Positions 18,510 through 28,262 of a stretch of DNA of 45,821 nt are shown here, in pieces. Under the pieces are notes generated by a model. That model did no database searches and was not told the DNA's origin. It saw nothing but the letters and a program-made list of their open reading frames with translations. Within the stretch, counting starts at the first letter, position 1, and the number at the start of each line of letters is the position of its first letter. Source of the DNA: Saprospiraceae bacterium (lineage in GTDB: Bacteria > Bacteroidota > Bacteroidia > Chitinophagales > Saprospiraceae); the NCBI GenBank assembly GCA_020631405.1, contig JAHDHH010000034.1, positions 1-45,821 of the forward strand, written 5' to 3'. Both the position numbers and the translations under genes were made by a program.

Positions 18510-20504
18510 ATGTTGAAGCACACCTCATCTCTGTTATTTGTTATACTTATTGCTTATTCCTGTGTACCTGCAAGTAACAAGAATAATACCTCAATTGAGA
18601 TTGACTTTGATAATATTGAAGTTCAAAAGATCTTAAACTTTAGGAACAATCAACAAGTTGATAGTCTCCTGTTTTATGCAAATTCGGATAATGTCACCAG
18701 TAGATATCTTGTTACAGAATCCTTTGCTTCCCTACAGTCTGAAGAAGCTATTCCTGTATTGCAAGACTTACTTACCAATGACCCAGTCGCCTCTGTCAAA
18801 GAGATGGCAGCGTATAGTCTCGGACAACAAGGAAACCCAAGCACCATTCAGAGTTTAATAGCAGCATTTAGGAGTAGAGATACTACTTCAGTAGACAATG
18901 CTGTCAACGGGTCAATACTAGAAGCCTGCGGTAAAGTTGGAAAAGAAGACGTGCTGAATTTTATAGCCACTACTTCAACATATAGGATAACTGACACCAT
19001 CCTACTCAATAATCAAGCAAAGGCAATCTATCGATTTGGGCTCAATAATATGGTCAGTGAGGCAGGCACAAAAAAGATGGTAGAGCTAGTCTTGAATGAA
19101 GCTATTCCAGCACAAGCTCGTCTCTATGCAGCTCACTATCTCAGTAGGGTAAGCAATCTTGACATTATTGACTATCAATTCAGGTTATCTAATCAACTTG
19201 TGAAGGAACAAAATGTCAATGTCAAAATGGCCCTTGCCCTAGCACTCAGAAATTCGGATGGCAATCCTGATATATTCAGAGTATTAAAGAACAGTCTAGA
19301 ATTGGAAGACGACTACAGGGTCAAAATCAATGCTATCAAAGCCTTGACTGCATTTCCATTCAATGATACACTGATATCAACATTACTGACTAACCCCAAC
19401 AATCAGATTAGAGAAACTGCAGCTGACTACCTCTATTCAATCAAAGACAAGGACACTTACAATACAATAAGAGCACTGGCTAAGAGCTCAACTGATACTT
19501 TGATCAAGTCAAAACTGTACAAGGCTTACTTTAAGCAAATACCTTATTATTTTTCGAAATCAAGGAATGCAGCTAGATATGAAGTCCTATCTTTATTTGA
19601 ACAACCCCTGTCTACTCAGGTACAAACAACATTAATCAGTGCTCTCGGTCATGACCTCTTGAGTTATAGCAACTTAGAAGAAATCTATGATACTACTAGT
19701 ATCCCAAGTCTCAAAACAGCAATCGGTGCTTCTCTAGCAAGTATAGTTACATCAGATAAGTTCGATGCAGTATTTGCCTCATCACCTAGGTATGCTAGAA
19801 AGAAACTTTTGGAAATTGTCACAAAGGTGGTTGAAGATGGCGACGTAGGTTGCCTTTATGAGGTTGCCCCAGTCTTCAGTAACCCTGAATTCAAAAAGGT
19901 GATTAAGAACGACACCTTTGTCATGGATGCCTTAAACAAGTTGATTCTACCACGTGATGTAGAGACATACTCTGTGCTACATCAGGCATTAGACAATCTC
20001 AGAGATACGACCACAATGGTAGCCTATACTAATAAAGCAACACCTATCAATTGGGAATTGGCAGATCAGATTAGTGATAGCACTTACTTCATTGTAAAAA
20101 CAAACAAGGGTATATTTAACATTACACCAAATCTAAAAGCTGCTCCTGAATCAGTCTTGAACTTTACCCAATTAGTTAATGACAATTTCTATGACAATAA
20201 GATATTCCATAGGGTCGTGCCTAATTTCGTAGTACAGACTGGGTGTACAAGAGGGGATGGCTATGGGAGTATCAATTCTACGATCAATTCAGAATTTTCG
20301 AAACAATACTATGACGATGAAGGATATGTCGGCATGGCATCTGCTGGTCCGCATACAGAGTCAGCACAATGGTTTGTTACACATAGCCCAACACCTCACC
20401 TCGATGGGAGGTATACGATTTTTGGAAAGGTATCGGAAGGGATGAAGACTATCCACAGTCTGAATGTAGGAGACCAGATACTTGATATTATTAAAGTAAA
20501 CTAA
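18510..20504 (+). CDS. HEAT-repeat protein fused to a C-terminal cyclophilin-type peptidyl-prolyl isomerase domain
   Basis: 664 aa with a signal peptide, ~450 aa of HEAT/ARM-like repeats, and a C-terminal cyclophilin fold (FHRVVPNFVVQTGCTRGDGYGS…QWFVTHSPTPHLDGRYTIFGKV). Confidence 0.78.
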   Translation: MLKHTSSLLFVILIAYSCVPASNKNNTSIEIDFDNIEVQKILNFRNNQQVDSLLFYANSDNVTSRYLVTESFASLQSEEAIPVLQDLLTNDPVASVKEMAAYSLGQQGNPSTIQSLIAAFRSRDTTSVDNAVNGSILEACGKVGKEDVLNFIATTSTYRITDTILLNNQAKAIYRFGLNNMVSEAGTKKMVELVLNEAIPAQARLYAAHYLSRVSNLDIIDYQFRLSNQLVKEQNVNVKMALALALRNSDGNPDIFRVLKNSLELEDDYRVKINAIKALTAFPFNDTLISTLLTNPNNQIRETAADYLYSIKDKDTYNTIRALAKSSTDTLIKSKLYKAYFKQIPYYFSKSRNAARYEVLSLFEQPLSTQVQTTLISALGHDLLSYSNLEEIYDTTSIPSLKTAIGASLASIVTSDKFDAVFASSPRYARKKLLEIVTKVVEDGDVGCLYEVAPVFSNPEFKKVIKNDTFVMDALNKLILPRDVETYSVLHQALDNLRDTTTMVAYTNKATPINWELADQISDSTYFIVKTNKGIFNITPNLKAAPESVLNFTQLVNDNFYDNKIFHRVVPNFVVQTGCTRGDGYGSINSTINSEFSKQYYDDEGYVGMASAGPHTESAQWFVTHSPTPHLDGRYTIFGKVSEGMKTIHSLNVGDQILDIIKVN

Positions 20505-20511
20505 GTAAGCA

Positions 20512-21615
20512 ATGACAAAGCAGACTGCATTCTATGACATTCACGTGGCACTAGGTGCCAAAATAGTTCCTTTTGCAGGATATGACATGCCTGTATCTTA
20601 CACTTCAATCACAGAAGAACATCTAGCAGTAAGAAGTAAGGCTGGATTGTTTGATGTCTCACATATGGGTCAATTTATCGTCAAAGGCAAAGAAGCTCTT
20701 GACCTAGTCCAACTAGTCACTAGCAATGATGCATCAACACTTAACCCTGGAGAAGCTCAATATAGCTGCCTGCCAAATCAGACCGGTGGTGTGATAGATG
20801 ACTTAATCGTCTACAGGCTGTTCAATGATCAGTGTTCGGAGGGTGAAATGGCTTTTATGCTGGTAGTTAATGCTTCTAATATTGAAAAAGATTGGGCTTG
20901 GATAGCAAAAGCAAATACCTTTGATACTGCTCTGATCAATATCTCAACTAAAACTAGTCTACTAGCACTTCAAGGTCCTCAAGCAACTGCTATCTTACAA
21001 TCCCTAACAGAGGTGGTACTTGATGATATTGCATTCTATCATTTTACAAAAGGCAAAGTTGCTGGCATTGACAATGTACTCATCTCAGCTACTGGATACA
21101 CCGGTGCTGGAGGATTTGAACTCTACTTCGATGAGTCACAGAGTGAGGTAATGTGGCATGCCATTATGGATGCAGGCAAGACATCTGGACTTTTGCCCGC
21201 AGGTCTGGGATGTAGAGATACACTAAGACTAGAAAAGGCTTACTGCCTCTATGGTCACGAACTAGATGAAGATACTTCTCCACTAGAAGCAAGACTAGGG
21301 TGGATTACTAAAACCAAAAAGGCAGCAGACTTCTTCAGTAAGGATCTACTCATTGCAGAAAAAAAAGCTGGAAGTACAAAGAAGCTCATTGGCTTCAAAA
21401 TGGAAGAAAGAAGGATTCCAAGACAAGGCTACATCATCCTAGACATGGATGACAATGAAGTAGGCATTGTGACTTCTGGCACCATGTCCCCTACCCTAGA
21501 AGAGCCAATTGGCCTTGGCTATGTCAAAGCAGAACATGCCAAAGATGAGAGATTCAAGATAGCCATTCGAAAAAAAACATATCCTGCTGTGCAAGTTAAA
21601 TTGCCATTTGTCTAA
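20512..21615 (+). CDS. gcvT: Glycine cleavage system aminomethyltransferase (T protein)
   Basis: Full-length GcvT signature (FDVSHMGQF, GYTGAGGFEL, C-terminal barrel). ATG at 20512, 7 nt after the previous stop. Confidence 0.92.
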   Translation: MTKQTAFYDIHVALGAKIVPFAGYDMPVSYTSITEEHLAVRSKAGLFDVSHMGQFIVKGKEALDLVQLVTSNDASTLNPGEAQYSCLPNQTGGVIDDLIVYRLFNDQCSEGEMAFMLVVNASNIEKDWAWIAKANTFDTALINISTKTSLLALQGPQATAILQSLTEVVLDDIAFYHFTKGKVAGIDNVLISATGYTGAGGFELYFDESQSEVMWHAIMDAGKTSGLLPAGLGCRDTLRLEKAYCLYGHELDEDTSPLEARLGWITKTKKAADFFSKDLLIAEKKAGSTKKLIGFKMEERRIPRQGYIILDMDDNEVGIVTSGTMSPTLEEPIGLGYVKAEHAKDERFKIAIRKKTYPAVQVKLPFV

Positions 21616-21641
21616 ACAATTTGAAGCTAAATCGTATTGAT

Positions 21642-22163
21642 ATGTCCATCATGAATGAGCAAGTCGTGGATTATCAATTAGCAAAACAACAGTTTATTAA
21701 GAATTGGGGTGAATTTGGCCTCAATTGGGGAGTCAACCGTATTTTGGCTCAGATTCATGGTTTGCTACTCATCTCATGTGAAGCCAAGTGTGCAGATGAA
21801 GTCATGCAAGAGCTGAATATCTCAAGAGGTAGTACTAATACCAACTTACGCATACTTTGCGAATGGAAGTTAGTCCATATCCAGCATGTGACTGACACAA
21901 GAAAAGAATTCTTTGTCGCAGAAAAAGACATGTGGAAAGTCTTCTGTCAAATAGTAAAACACCGACGAAAGAAAGAACTCGACCCACTAATGGAAGCACT
22001 TCAAACGCTATCTGCTATTGAGGGTAATTGTGAGAGGTCTAAAGAATTCAAAAAAATGGTTTCTTCTATCGAGACATTCTCAAAAAAAGCTGATAAAGCC
22101 CTCGAAAATATCGTCAAAGAATCTCCAAGTTTCCTAGTAAGCTCCTACATGAAAATTATGTAG
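21642..22163 (+). CDS. GbsR/MarR-family winged-helix transcriptional regulator
   Basis: WGVNRILAQIHGLLLIS…ADEVMQELNISRGSTNTNLR.L..W.LV…RKEFFVAEKDMWKV matches the GbsR-type HTH pattern as I recall it. The start is chosen at ATG 21642. The track ORF begins at an alternative TTG at 21621. Confidence 0.6.
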   Translation: MSIMNEQVVDYQLAKQQFIKNWGEFGLNWGVNRILAQIHGLLLISCEAKCADEVMQELNISRGSTNTNLRILCEWKLVHIQHVTDTRKEFFVAEKDMWKVFCQIVKHRRKKELDPLMEALQTLSAIEGNCERSKEFKKMVSSIETFSKKADKALENIVKESPSFLVSSYMKIM

Positions 22164-22217
22164 AGAGAAGTAAAATAGTTTTTGCATCTTGCATAGAATT
22201 GAATATCTATCAAACCT

Positions 22218-23279
22218 ATGAAGATTCATTCTTTCAAGCCTAGTATACCTAACCCTACAAAAGTCAAAAACTTTAAGCGTTTTATCTCCAATGCTAAAGA
22301 TTTGTACAATACTTATGTAGACGACAAATTATTTGTCAATCATAAAGAAGAGCAAATCCTAATTTATGAAGTTACATTCAATGGGGTGTTACATACAGGC
22401 ATTCTCTGTACTGTAGATGCTCAAGAAATTATTGATGGCAACATCATTCGCCATGAAAATACTCTGAAAGAAAAAGAGCAAATCATGATGAACCTTATCA
22501 AGGAAAGGAATGCCCATATCAAACCTGTACTCTTGACTATCCCTGATGATCCGAGCTTCTTTCAATGGATTGACAAATTCAAACCTGAGAAAGGTTTGAG
22601 CTTTGACTATACCAAATCTGAGACCCATACTGTCTACCCCGTCAGTGACAAGAAAGCAGTCAACACACTGCTTCACTATTTTAATAAGGACGTTACAAAA
22701 GCCTATATAGCTGATGGTCACCATAGATGCTACTCAGTAGATAAGCTCTACTTAGATGATCCTAAAACATATGGCAAATTACTAGTCGCTATTTTCCCTT
22801 TTAGAGATCTGATTATCAAACCATACAACCGTATTATTGTATTCAACAAGTCCTTATCACTGAGTGACTTTGCTAAGTTGAGCAAGGAATATTTCAAAAT
22901 ATCTGAAGCTAGCAAATTCGAACAACCAGATAGTCGGAAGACCATGATGGCCTACCAAGATGGCAAGTGGATTAGTCTCAAATGGAAAAAGACCTACCTC
23001 GATAGTATGCCAGGCGGAGCCATGGACTTGTTTAATCACTACATTCTTGATACTACTGCAAAAGCTCTAGTTAAAGAGGTCATCTATGTGCAGGGAGATA
23101 CTTCTCTAAATTCGACAATAAAGCAAACTGACAACGCAGCTAACCAAATAGCATTCTTCTTTCCGTCTGTAACTTTCAAAAGACTCAAACCCTTACTTGA
23201 CGATGGTGGCCTCGTTGCACCAAAGTCAACCTACTTTGAACCGAGAATGAGAAATGGTTTAGTCGTTCAAAAACTCTAA
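22218..23279 (+). CDS. DUF1015 domain-containing protein
   Basis: 353 aa containing the family-diagnostic IADGHHR motif (AYIADGHHRCYS) and family-typical length. Confidence 0.68.
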   Translation: MKIHSFKPSIPNPTKVKNFKRFISNAKDLYNTYVDDKLFVNHKEEQILIYEVTFNGVLHTGILCTVDAQEIIDGNIIRHENTLKEKEQIMMNLIKERNAHIKPVLLTIPDDPSFFQWIDKFKPEKGLSFDYTKSETHTVYPVSDKKAVNTLLHYFNKDVTKAYIADGHHRCYSVDKLYLDDPKTYGKLLVAIFPFRDLIIKPYNRIIVFNKSLSLSDFAKLSKEYFKISEASKFEQPDSRKTMMAYQDGKWISLKWKKTYLDSMPGGAMDLFNHYILDTTAKALVKEVIYVQGDTSLNSTIKQTDNAANQIAFFFPSVTFKRLKPLLDDGGLVAPKSTYFEPRMRNGLVVQKL

Positions 23280-23284
23280 TCACT

Positions 23285-24469
23285 ATGAAATACTACTCGG
23301 CTGACCTCTTGATACCTGTTGATCAAGCTCCTATCGAACAGGGTTATGTTGCAATTGATGATTTTGGTGTAGTGCATAGTGTAGGCAAAGCAGATTCGCT
23401 ATCCAGCGTGGATGTCAAGCATTTACCTGGTCTACTTATGCCAGGTCTAGTCAATGCCCACTGTCACCTTGAACTATCTCACCTAGTTGGCAGAGTCGAT
23501 ACTGGCACCGGACTCCTTCCTTTTCTTAAAAAAGTAGTCACCTTGCGTGATATTGAACTCGAGGAAATACTCCACCAAGTCAAGGTCAATGACCAATACA
23601 TGTATGATAGAGGCATCGTAGCTGTTGGTGATATCAGCAATGCCCCTCACACCTACCAGACTAAAGAAGAGAGTAGCATCCAATACTACACCTTTGTAGA
23701 AATGTTTGACTTCTTACAGCCTACTATGACTGAGACTACTATAGCGCAGTATCAGGAAGTATACAACCTCTTGAGCCAAACGAAGAAGAATCAATACTCT
23801 TACGTACCACATGCACCTTATACTGTGACTGAAGATCTGTTTAATCAAATCAATAAGCTCAATGGAGGTAGAGGTACTGTCAGTGTGCATAACCAAGAGA
23901 CACCTCCTGAGAATGAACTCTTTGAATATGGCACAGGAGGATTTCATGACTTCTATGCACAGTTTGGCTTCACAATAGATCAGAACATTGTTAGGAATAG
24001 CACAGCTATACACTACCTGATCGAACAAATGGATCCTAATTGTAAGACTCTATTCGTTCATAATACCTTGACTACTGCCGAAGATCTCAAAGCAGCAATG
24101 GAGTGGAATAGTCAGACTTACTGGGCTACTTGCCCAAATGCCAACTTATATATTGAAAATAGACTGCCTGACTACCAAGTATTTCTCGATAATGATGCTA
24201 AAGTCTGCATTGGTACTGATAGCTTGACTTCCAACTGGCAACTAGATATCTGGGAAGAAGTCAAAACAATCAAGCGGTACAAGAGCTATGTAGACTTCAA
24301 TGAAATCATAAGTTGGGCGACGATCAATGGTGCTGAAGCCCTTGGACTCCAAGATTCTCTGGGCACATTGTCATTAGGCAAGGCTCCAGGACTTGTCCAT
24401 GTCGATATGAAGTTCGACTCAATGAATGCCTTACAGCTTGAGGGTACGACGGCAAGACGTGTTTGCTAA
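23285..24469 (+). CDS. Amidohydrolase-superfamily metal-dependent hydrolase (chlorohydrolase/deaminase-like)
   Basis: It has the N-terminal HxH metal-binding motif (LVNAHCHLELSHL) and a TIM-barrel amidohydrolase layout with a late Asp (CIGTDSLTSN). It sits 5 nt after the DUF1015 stop. Confidence 0.72.
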   Translation: MKYYSADLLIPVDQAPIEQGYVAIDDFGVVHSVGKADSLSSVDVKHLPGLLMPGLVNAHCHLELSHLVGRVDTGTGLLPFLKKVVTLRDIELEEILHQVKVNDQYMYDRGIVAVGDISNAPHTYQTKEESSIQYYTFVEMFDFLQPTMTETTIAQYQEVYNLLSQTKKNQYSYVPHAPYTVTEDLFNQINKLNGGRGTVSVHNQETPPENELFEYGTGGFHDFYAQFGFTIDQNIVRNSTAIHYLIEQMDPNCKTLFVHNTLTTAEDLKAAMEWNSQTYWATCPNANLYIENRLPDYQVFLDNDAKVCIGTDSLTSNWQLDIWEEVKTIKRYKSYVDFNEIISWATINGAEALGLQDSLGTLSLGKAPGLVHVDMKFDSMNALQLEGTTARRVC

Positions 24470-26872
24470 TTACTTAGCATTGATATAGGGTCTCAATCCT
24501 GGATACTCCCCAGACTTAGCAATAGCTTGCTTCATCGTCAATGGTCTAGAACCTAAGTAGGGTTGAATTTTGGTGTCTTTCAAATTTTTTAAGACAAGCT
24601 TTTTCTGCAATTCTAGAGCCTTTTCGTATGTCTGTAAAAACCCCACACTATAGTGGTACTTGTCAAATTTGTAATCTCTTGTGATGATAATATCATCGTA
24701 GTAGCTTAATACTCTATTTTTAAATACATGACTCGTCTCAGCAAATTCAACTCTATAATGCATATCATCCTTTACTGTTTTATAGAGATCATACTTTCTT
24801 GAAGAAGCAAAGTTTGGTATCTCTTTTCTGTCATAATTGATACTATATTCCCTAGGAGTATCATATAAGGTTGCTTCTATTCTTTGGTTGATATCAATGT
24901 ATTCTTGATTTTCTTTACCACCAAGCATGGTCAATGCCATAGGATATGAACTACCTACAGAGTTGACTATCAATCTCTCTTTCTTTATCCCTTGGTCCTC
25001 TAGATATTCAACCAGCTTTTCCATCTTGGTAATGGCAAAAAACAACTCATACTCCCTTCTTGCAGCTTCATGAGTATAGTTAGTCAACTCTACAACGGTA
25101 GACTTTGGAAGGGCTTTGATTTGCTTAACTAATAGGTCTAGCTTCGCTTTATTTTCTTGACTAAATATATCATCATCTGTTGCGTAGTACATAGTCGGTA
25201 TACGTATTTCACTAGTTGTCAAATTGTCAAATGACTCGGAAATATCGATTTCGCTATTAGGAACATACTTTTCCCTGTTTTCTTTTTGTTTCTCTGTCTC
25301 TTTGTCAACTACCAAGTACCCCTCTGGATCATTCTTGCTATCATCTGAAGCAAGCCTCGACTTTGGTTCTCTCTTTCTTTTGACAACTGGATCTTTCTCC
25401 GCTTCTGGTGACTGAGGTAGTGTTGCAATAATTGTAGAGTCATCCTTATTTTTCTTACTTATTGACTTCTTTTCTTGTTTATTGGTCTTCATAGAAGAAG
25501 GAGAAACATTGACTGGTTTAGTAAGGAGTTCATCTTCGTCTAATCCTCCAATTTGCCCTTCAAAGTTATTGTCTTCTTGTTGAGTTGTCTTCACAACGCC
25601 ATCAGTAGAGTATTTGATAAATCCTAAATGTGAGGCATCTACTATTTCAGAACTTACTGGCTTATTAAAGTATGCGAAAAATATATCATGCCCACCCTGA
25701 GTTCCACTTCTATTAGAAGAGAATACAGCTCTTAGACCGTTGCCGTCTACTCTGAAGTGCAAGTCATCACCAGCGCTATTAATTGGACTCATCAAGTTAC
25801 TTGGTCTTGTCCAGCCCGACTTACTTCTAGACTTACTACTCTCAAAAATGTCAAAGCCACCAAGTGTTGCATCACTGTTTGTACTGAAGTATAGCTTCTC
25901 TCCATTAGATGTTAAAAATGGAGATCTCTCATCATAGATACTGTTGATATTATCTCCTAGGTTCTTAGGAGTACTCCATTTACCTGAGTCAAATTCACTC
26001 ATATACAAGTCATACCCACCTCTACTATCTGGTCTTTTACTAGCAAAGATTATTGTCTTGCTATTAACCACTTGCAGGTCACAATCACCTAGGTGAGGAA
26101 AAAACGGGGCTTGGAAAAAGTAGTTATTTTCTGGTTTTGACTTTTTGTTATACAGGCTATACACCTTATTATCTTGATCACTGAAAAAAAACAGCACATG
26201 ACCGTCACCATTCAAATCAAACAATATATTTCTACCTTTCTTATTGATGCTTGGTGGCAGATTGTCGTTGGATTGCCAGCCATCATTGATGTAAGTACTT
26301 CCGACTATCTTGTCTGTCATAGGTGTAGTCTCAGTGTAGTAGAGTGTATTACTTGATGACCTTGAGAGAATGGGTCTCACTTCATCCTTTCTAGAATTCA
26401 TATCACCAGATGGAGTTTCTACGATTACGTCGGGATTGTAAGCTATTGCCTGAGCATAGTTACATTGTGAGATAGCTTTGAATATATCTTCTCTACCAAT
26501 CCTATCCTTTCTTTTCAATTCGCTTAGGTAGGTCTTATACCATGCTATAGCTTTCTTGTATTGCCCTTCATGATGATAAGTCTTAGCTAGGTAAAGGGTA
26601 ATTTCAGTACTTTCTAATCCTAGTGTCTTAGCTCTAGCCAGGTCGGACAATGATTTTTGGGTTAGTCCAAGTTCTGTGTAGGCTTTTCCTCTGAGCAACA
26701 ACATCTCTGCATCGTTCTTAATTGACAATGAGTTAGTAGTTTCTATGATTCTAGAATAGTCTCCTAGTTCAAATGCCTTTCTCAAGGTGTTGACATCTTG
26801 GGCTTGCACTAGAGAAACTGCAAGCAAACTAATACCCAAGAAATAGATTCTAAATTGTATAAATTTAGCCAT
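24470..26872 (-). CDS. TPR-repeat / TolB-like (PD40) beta-propeller / OmpA-like domain protein
   Basis: 800 aa with a signal peptide (…SLVQAQ) and N-terminal TPR repeats. It has PD40-type propeller blades and a low-complexity Lys/Glu/Ser linker. The C-terminal OmpA-like domain is degenerate, with TNYTHEAARREYEL in place of the canonical GHTD…RA motif. Confidence 0.65.
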   Translation of the reverse strand: MAKFIQFRIYFLGISLLAVSLVQAQDVNTLRKAFELGDYSRIIETTNSLSIKNDAEMLLLRGKAYTELGLTQKSLSDLARAKTLGLESTEITLYLAKTYHHEGQYKKAIAWYKTYLSELKRKDRIGREDIFKAISQCNYAQAIAYNPDVIVETPSGDMNSRKDEVRPILSRSSSNTLYYTETTPMTDKIVGSTYINDGWQSNDNLPPSINKKGRNILFDLNGDGHVLFFFSDQDNKVYSLYNKKSKPENNYFFQAPFFPHLGDCDLQVVNSKTIIFASKRPDSRGGYDLYMSEFDSGKWSTPKNLGDNINSIYDERSPFLTSNGEKLYFSTNSDATLGGFDIFESSKSRSKSGWTRPSNLMSPINSAGDDLHFRVDGNGLRAVFSSNRSGTQGGHDIFFAYFNKPVSSEIVDASHLGFIKYSTDGVVKTTQQEDNNFEGQIGGLDEDELLTKPVNVSPSSMKTNKQEKKSISKKNKDDSTIIATLPQSPEAEKDPVVKRKREPKSRLASDDSKNDPEGYLVVDKETEKQKENREKYVPNSEIDISESFDNLTTSEIRIPTMYYATDDDIFSQENKAKLDLLVKQIKALPKSTVVELTNYTHEAARREYELFFAITKMEKLVEYLEDQGIKKERLIVNSVGSSYPMALTMLGGKENQEYIDINQRIEATLYDTPREYSINYDRKEIPNFASSRKYDLYKTVKDDMHYRVEFAETSHVFKNRVLSYYDDIIITRDYKFDKYHYSVGFLQTYEKALELQKKLVLKNLKDTKIQPYLGSRPLTMKQAIAKSGEYPGLRPYINAK

Positions 26873-26873
26873 T

Positions 26874-28220
26874 TTATAACATTCTTTCTGGGTCGAATGC
26901 CTCTAAGTAATCTCCAATTCTTCTTAAAAATGAACCTCCTAAAAAGCCATCCACGACCCTGTGATCATAACTTAACGAACAAAACATCATTTGTCTTACT
27001 GCAATAAGGTCTCCAAACTCTGTTTCTACTACTGCAGGTTTCTTTCTGATGGCTCCAACTGCAAGTATTGCTACCTGTGGTTGGTTGATAATAGGAGTCC
27101 CCATCACATTGCCAAATGTGCCTACATTAGTCAAAGTAAATGTCCCATCTTGAATATCTTCTGGCTTGAGTTTGTTTCCTCTCGCCCTATTCGCTAGATC
27201 ATTTACAGACTTCGTCAATCCTGCCAAGCTTAGGTAATCTGCATTCTTAATTACCGGAACTATCAAGTTACCTGAAGGTAACGCTGTAGCCATTCCGATG
27301 TTGATATTTTTCTTTACAATAATCTGATTATCCTTTACAGACACATTAATCATTGGAAAGTCTCTAATCGCCTTAGCCACTGCTTCCATGAATATCGGAG
27401 TGAATGTAATCTTCTCTCCGTACTCTTTTTGGAAGGTTCCCTTTATCTTATTACGCCAGTTAACTATATTAGTAACATCTGCCTCTATAAACGATGTCAC
27501 GTGAGGTGAAGTATGTTTTGACATCACCATGTGGTCAGCAATGAGTTTTCTCATTCTATCCATTTGGATGATTTCATCCTCTCCACTACTAGCTATGTGC
27601 TGTGTTGGACTAGCTGACTTGCTAGCTATAGAACTCTGTGCTACCGTCGGAGGAGTCGCTGCTACTTTCGGCATATTACTAACATTGCTTCGCTGTGCAA
27701 GATAGTCTTTGATATCGTGCTTAGTCACTCTTCCTTTGGCCCCACTACCTGGTATTGCATCTAGTTCTGCTTGACTTATTCCTTCTTGCTTGGCGATACT
27801 TTTCACTAGAGGTGAGTAGAATCGACTCTCTCCACTCTTGACTTCTTGTGTAATCACTGGCGTCAGACTGGTAGCTGCTTGAGATACTGTATCCTCTATA
27901 GCTGCACTCGTATCTTCTATCTTATCTTCTTGCACTTCTGGGGTTGAATTCGTATCCTCAGCAGGAGATACTTCTCCACCTTCCGTGGCTATGATTGCAA
28001 TGACAGTACCTACTGGTACTACTGTGTCTTTTTCGAATAATATTTCTTTGATAATCCCTGCCACAGGTGACGGAATATCAGAATCTACCTTATCTGTAGC
28101 AATTTCGAGTATAGTCTCGTCTTCTTCGACACTATCACCTACATTTTTAACCCAATTAAGAATAGTAGCTTCTATGATACTTTCTCCCATTTTGGGCATG
28201 ATCAGTTCTGTATTGGCCAT
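26874..28220 (-). CDS. 2-oxo-acid dehydrogenase E2 component (dihydrolipoamide acyltransferase)
   Basis: It has an N-terminal lipoyl domain (IMPKMGESIIEATI…EIATDKV), an E3-binding segment and a C-terminal catalytic domain with DHRVVDG. The start is set at ATG 28220. No E1 or E3 gene is adjacent. Confidence 0.87.
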   Translation of the reverse strand: MANTELIMPKMGESIIEATILNWVKNVGDSVEEDETILEIATDKVDSDIPSPVAGIIKEILFEKDTVVPVGTVIAIIATEGGEVSPAEDTNSTPEVQEDKIEDTSAAIEDTVSQAATSLTPVITQEVKSGESRFYSPLVKSIAKQEGISQAELDAIPGSGAKGRVTKHDIKDYLAQRSNVSNMPKVAATPPTVAQSSIASKSASPTQHIASSGEDEIIQMDRMRKLIADHMVMSKHTSPHVTSFIEADVTNIVNWRNKIKGTFQKEYGEKITFTPIFMEAVAKAIRDFPMINVSVKDNQIIVKKNINIGMATALPSGNLIVPVIKNADYLSLAGLTKSVNDLANRARGNKLKPEDIQDGTFTLTNVGTFGNVMGTPIINQPQVAILAVGAIRKKPAVVETEFGDLIAVRQMMFCSLSYDHRVVDGFLGGSFLRRIGDYLEAFDPERML

Positions 28221-28262
28221 ATTGATAGTTAGGTTAGGTTTGAAAGCTGCAAAATTACACAA

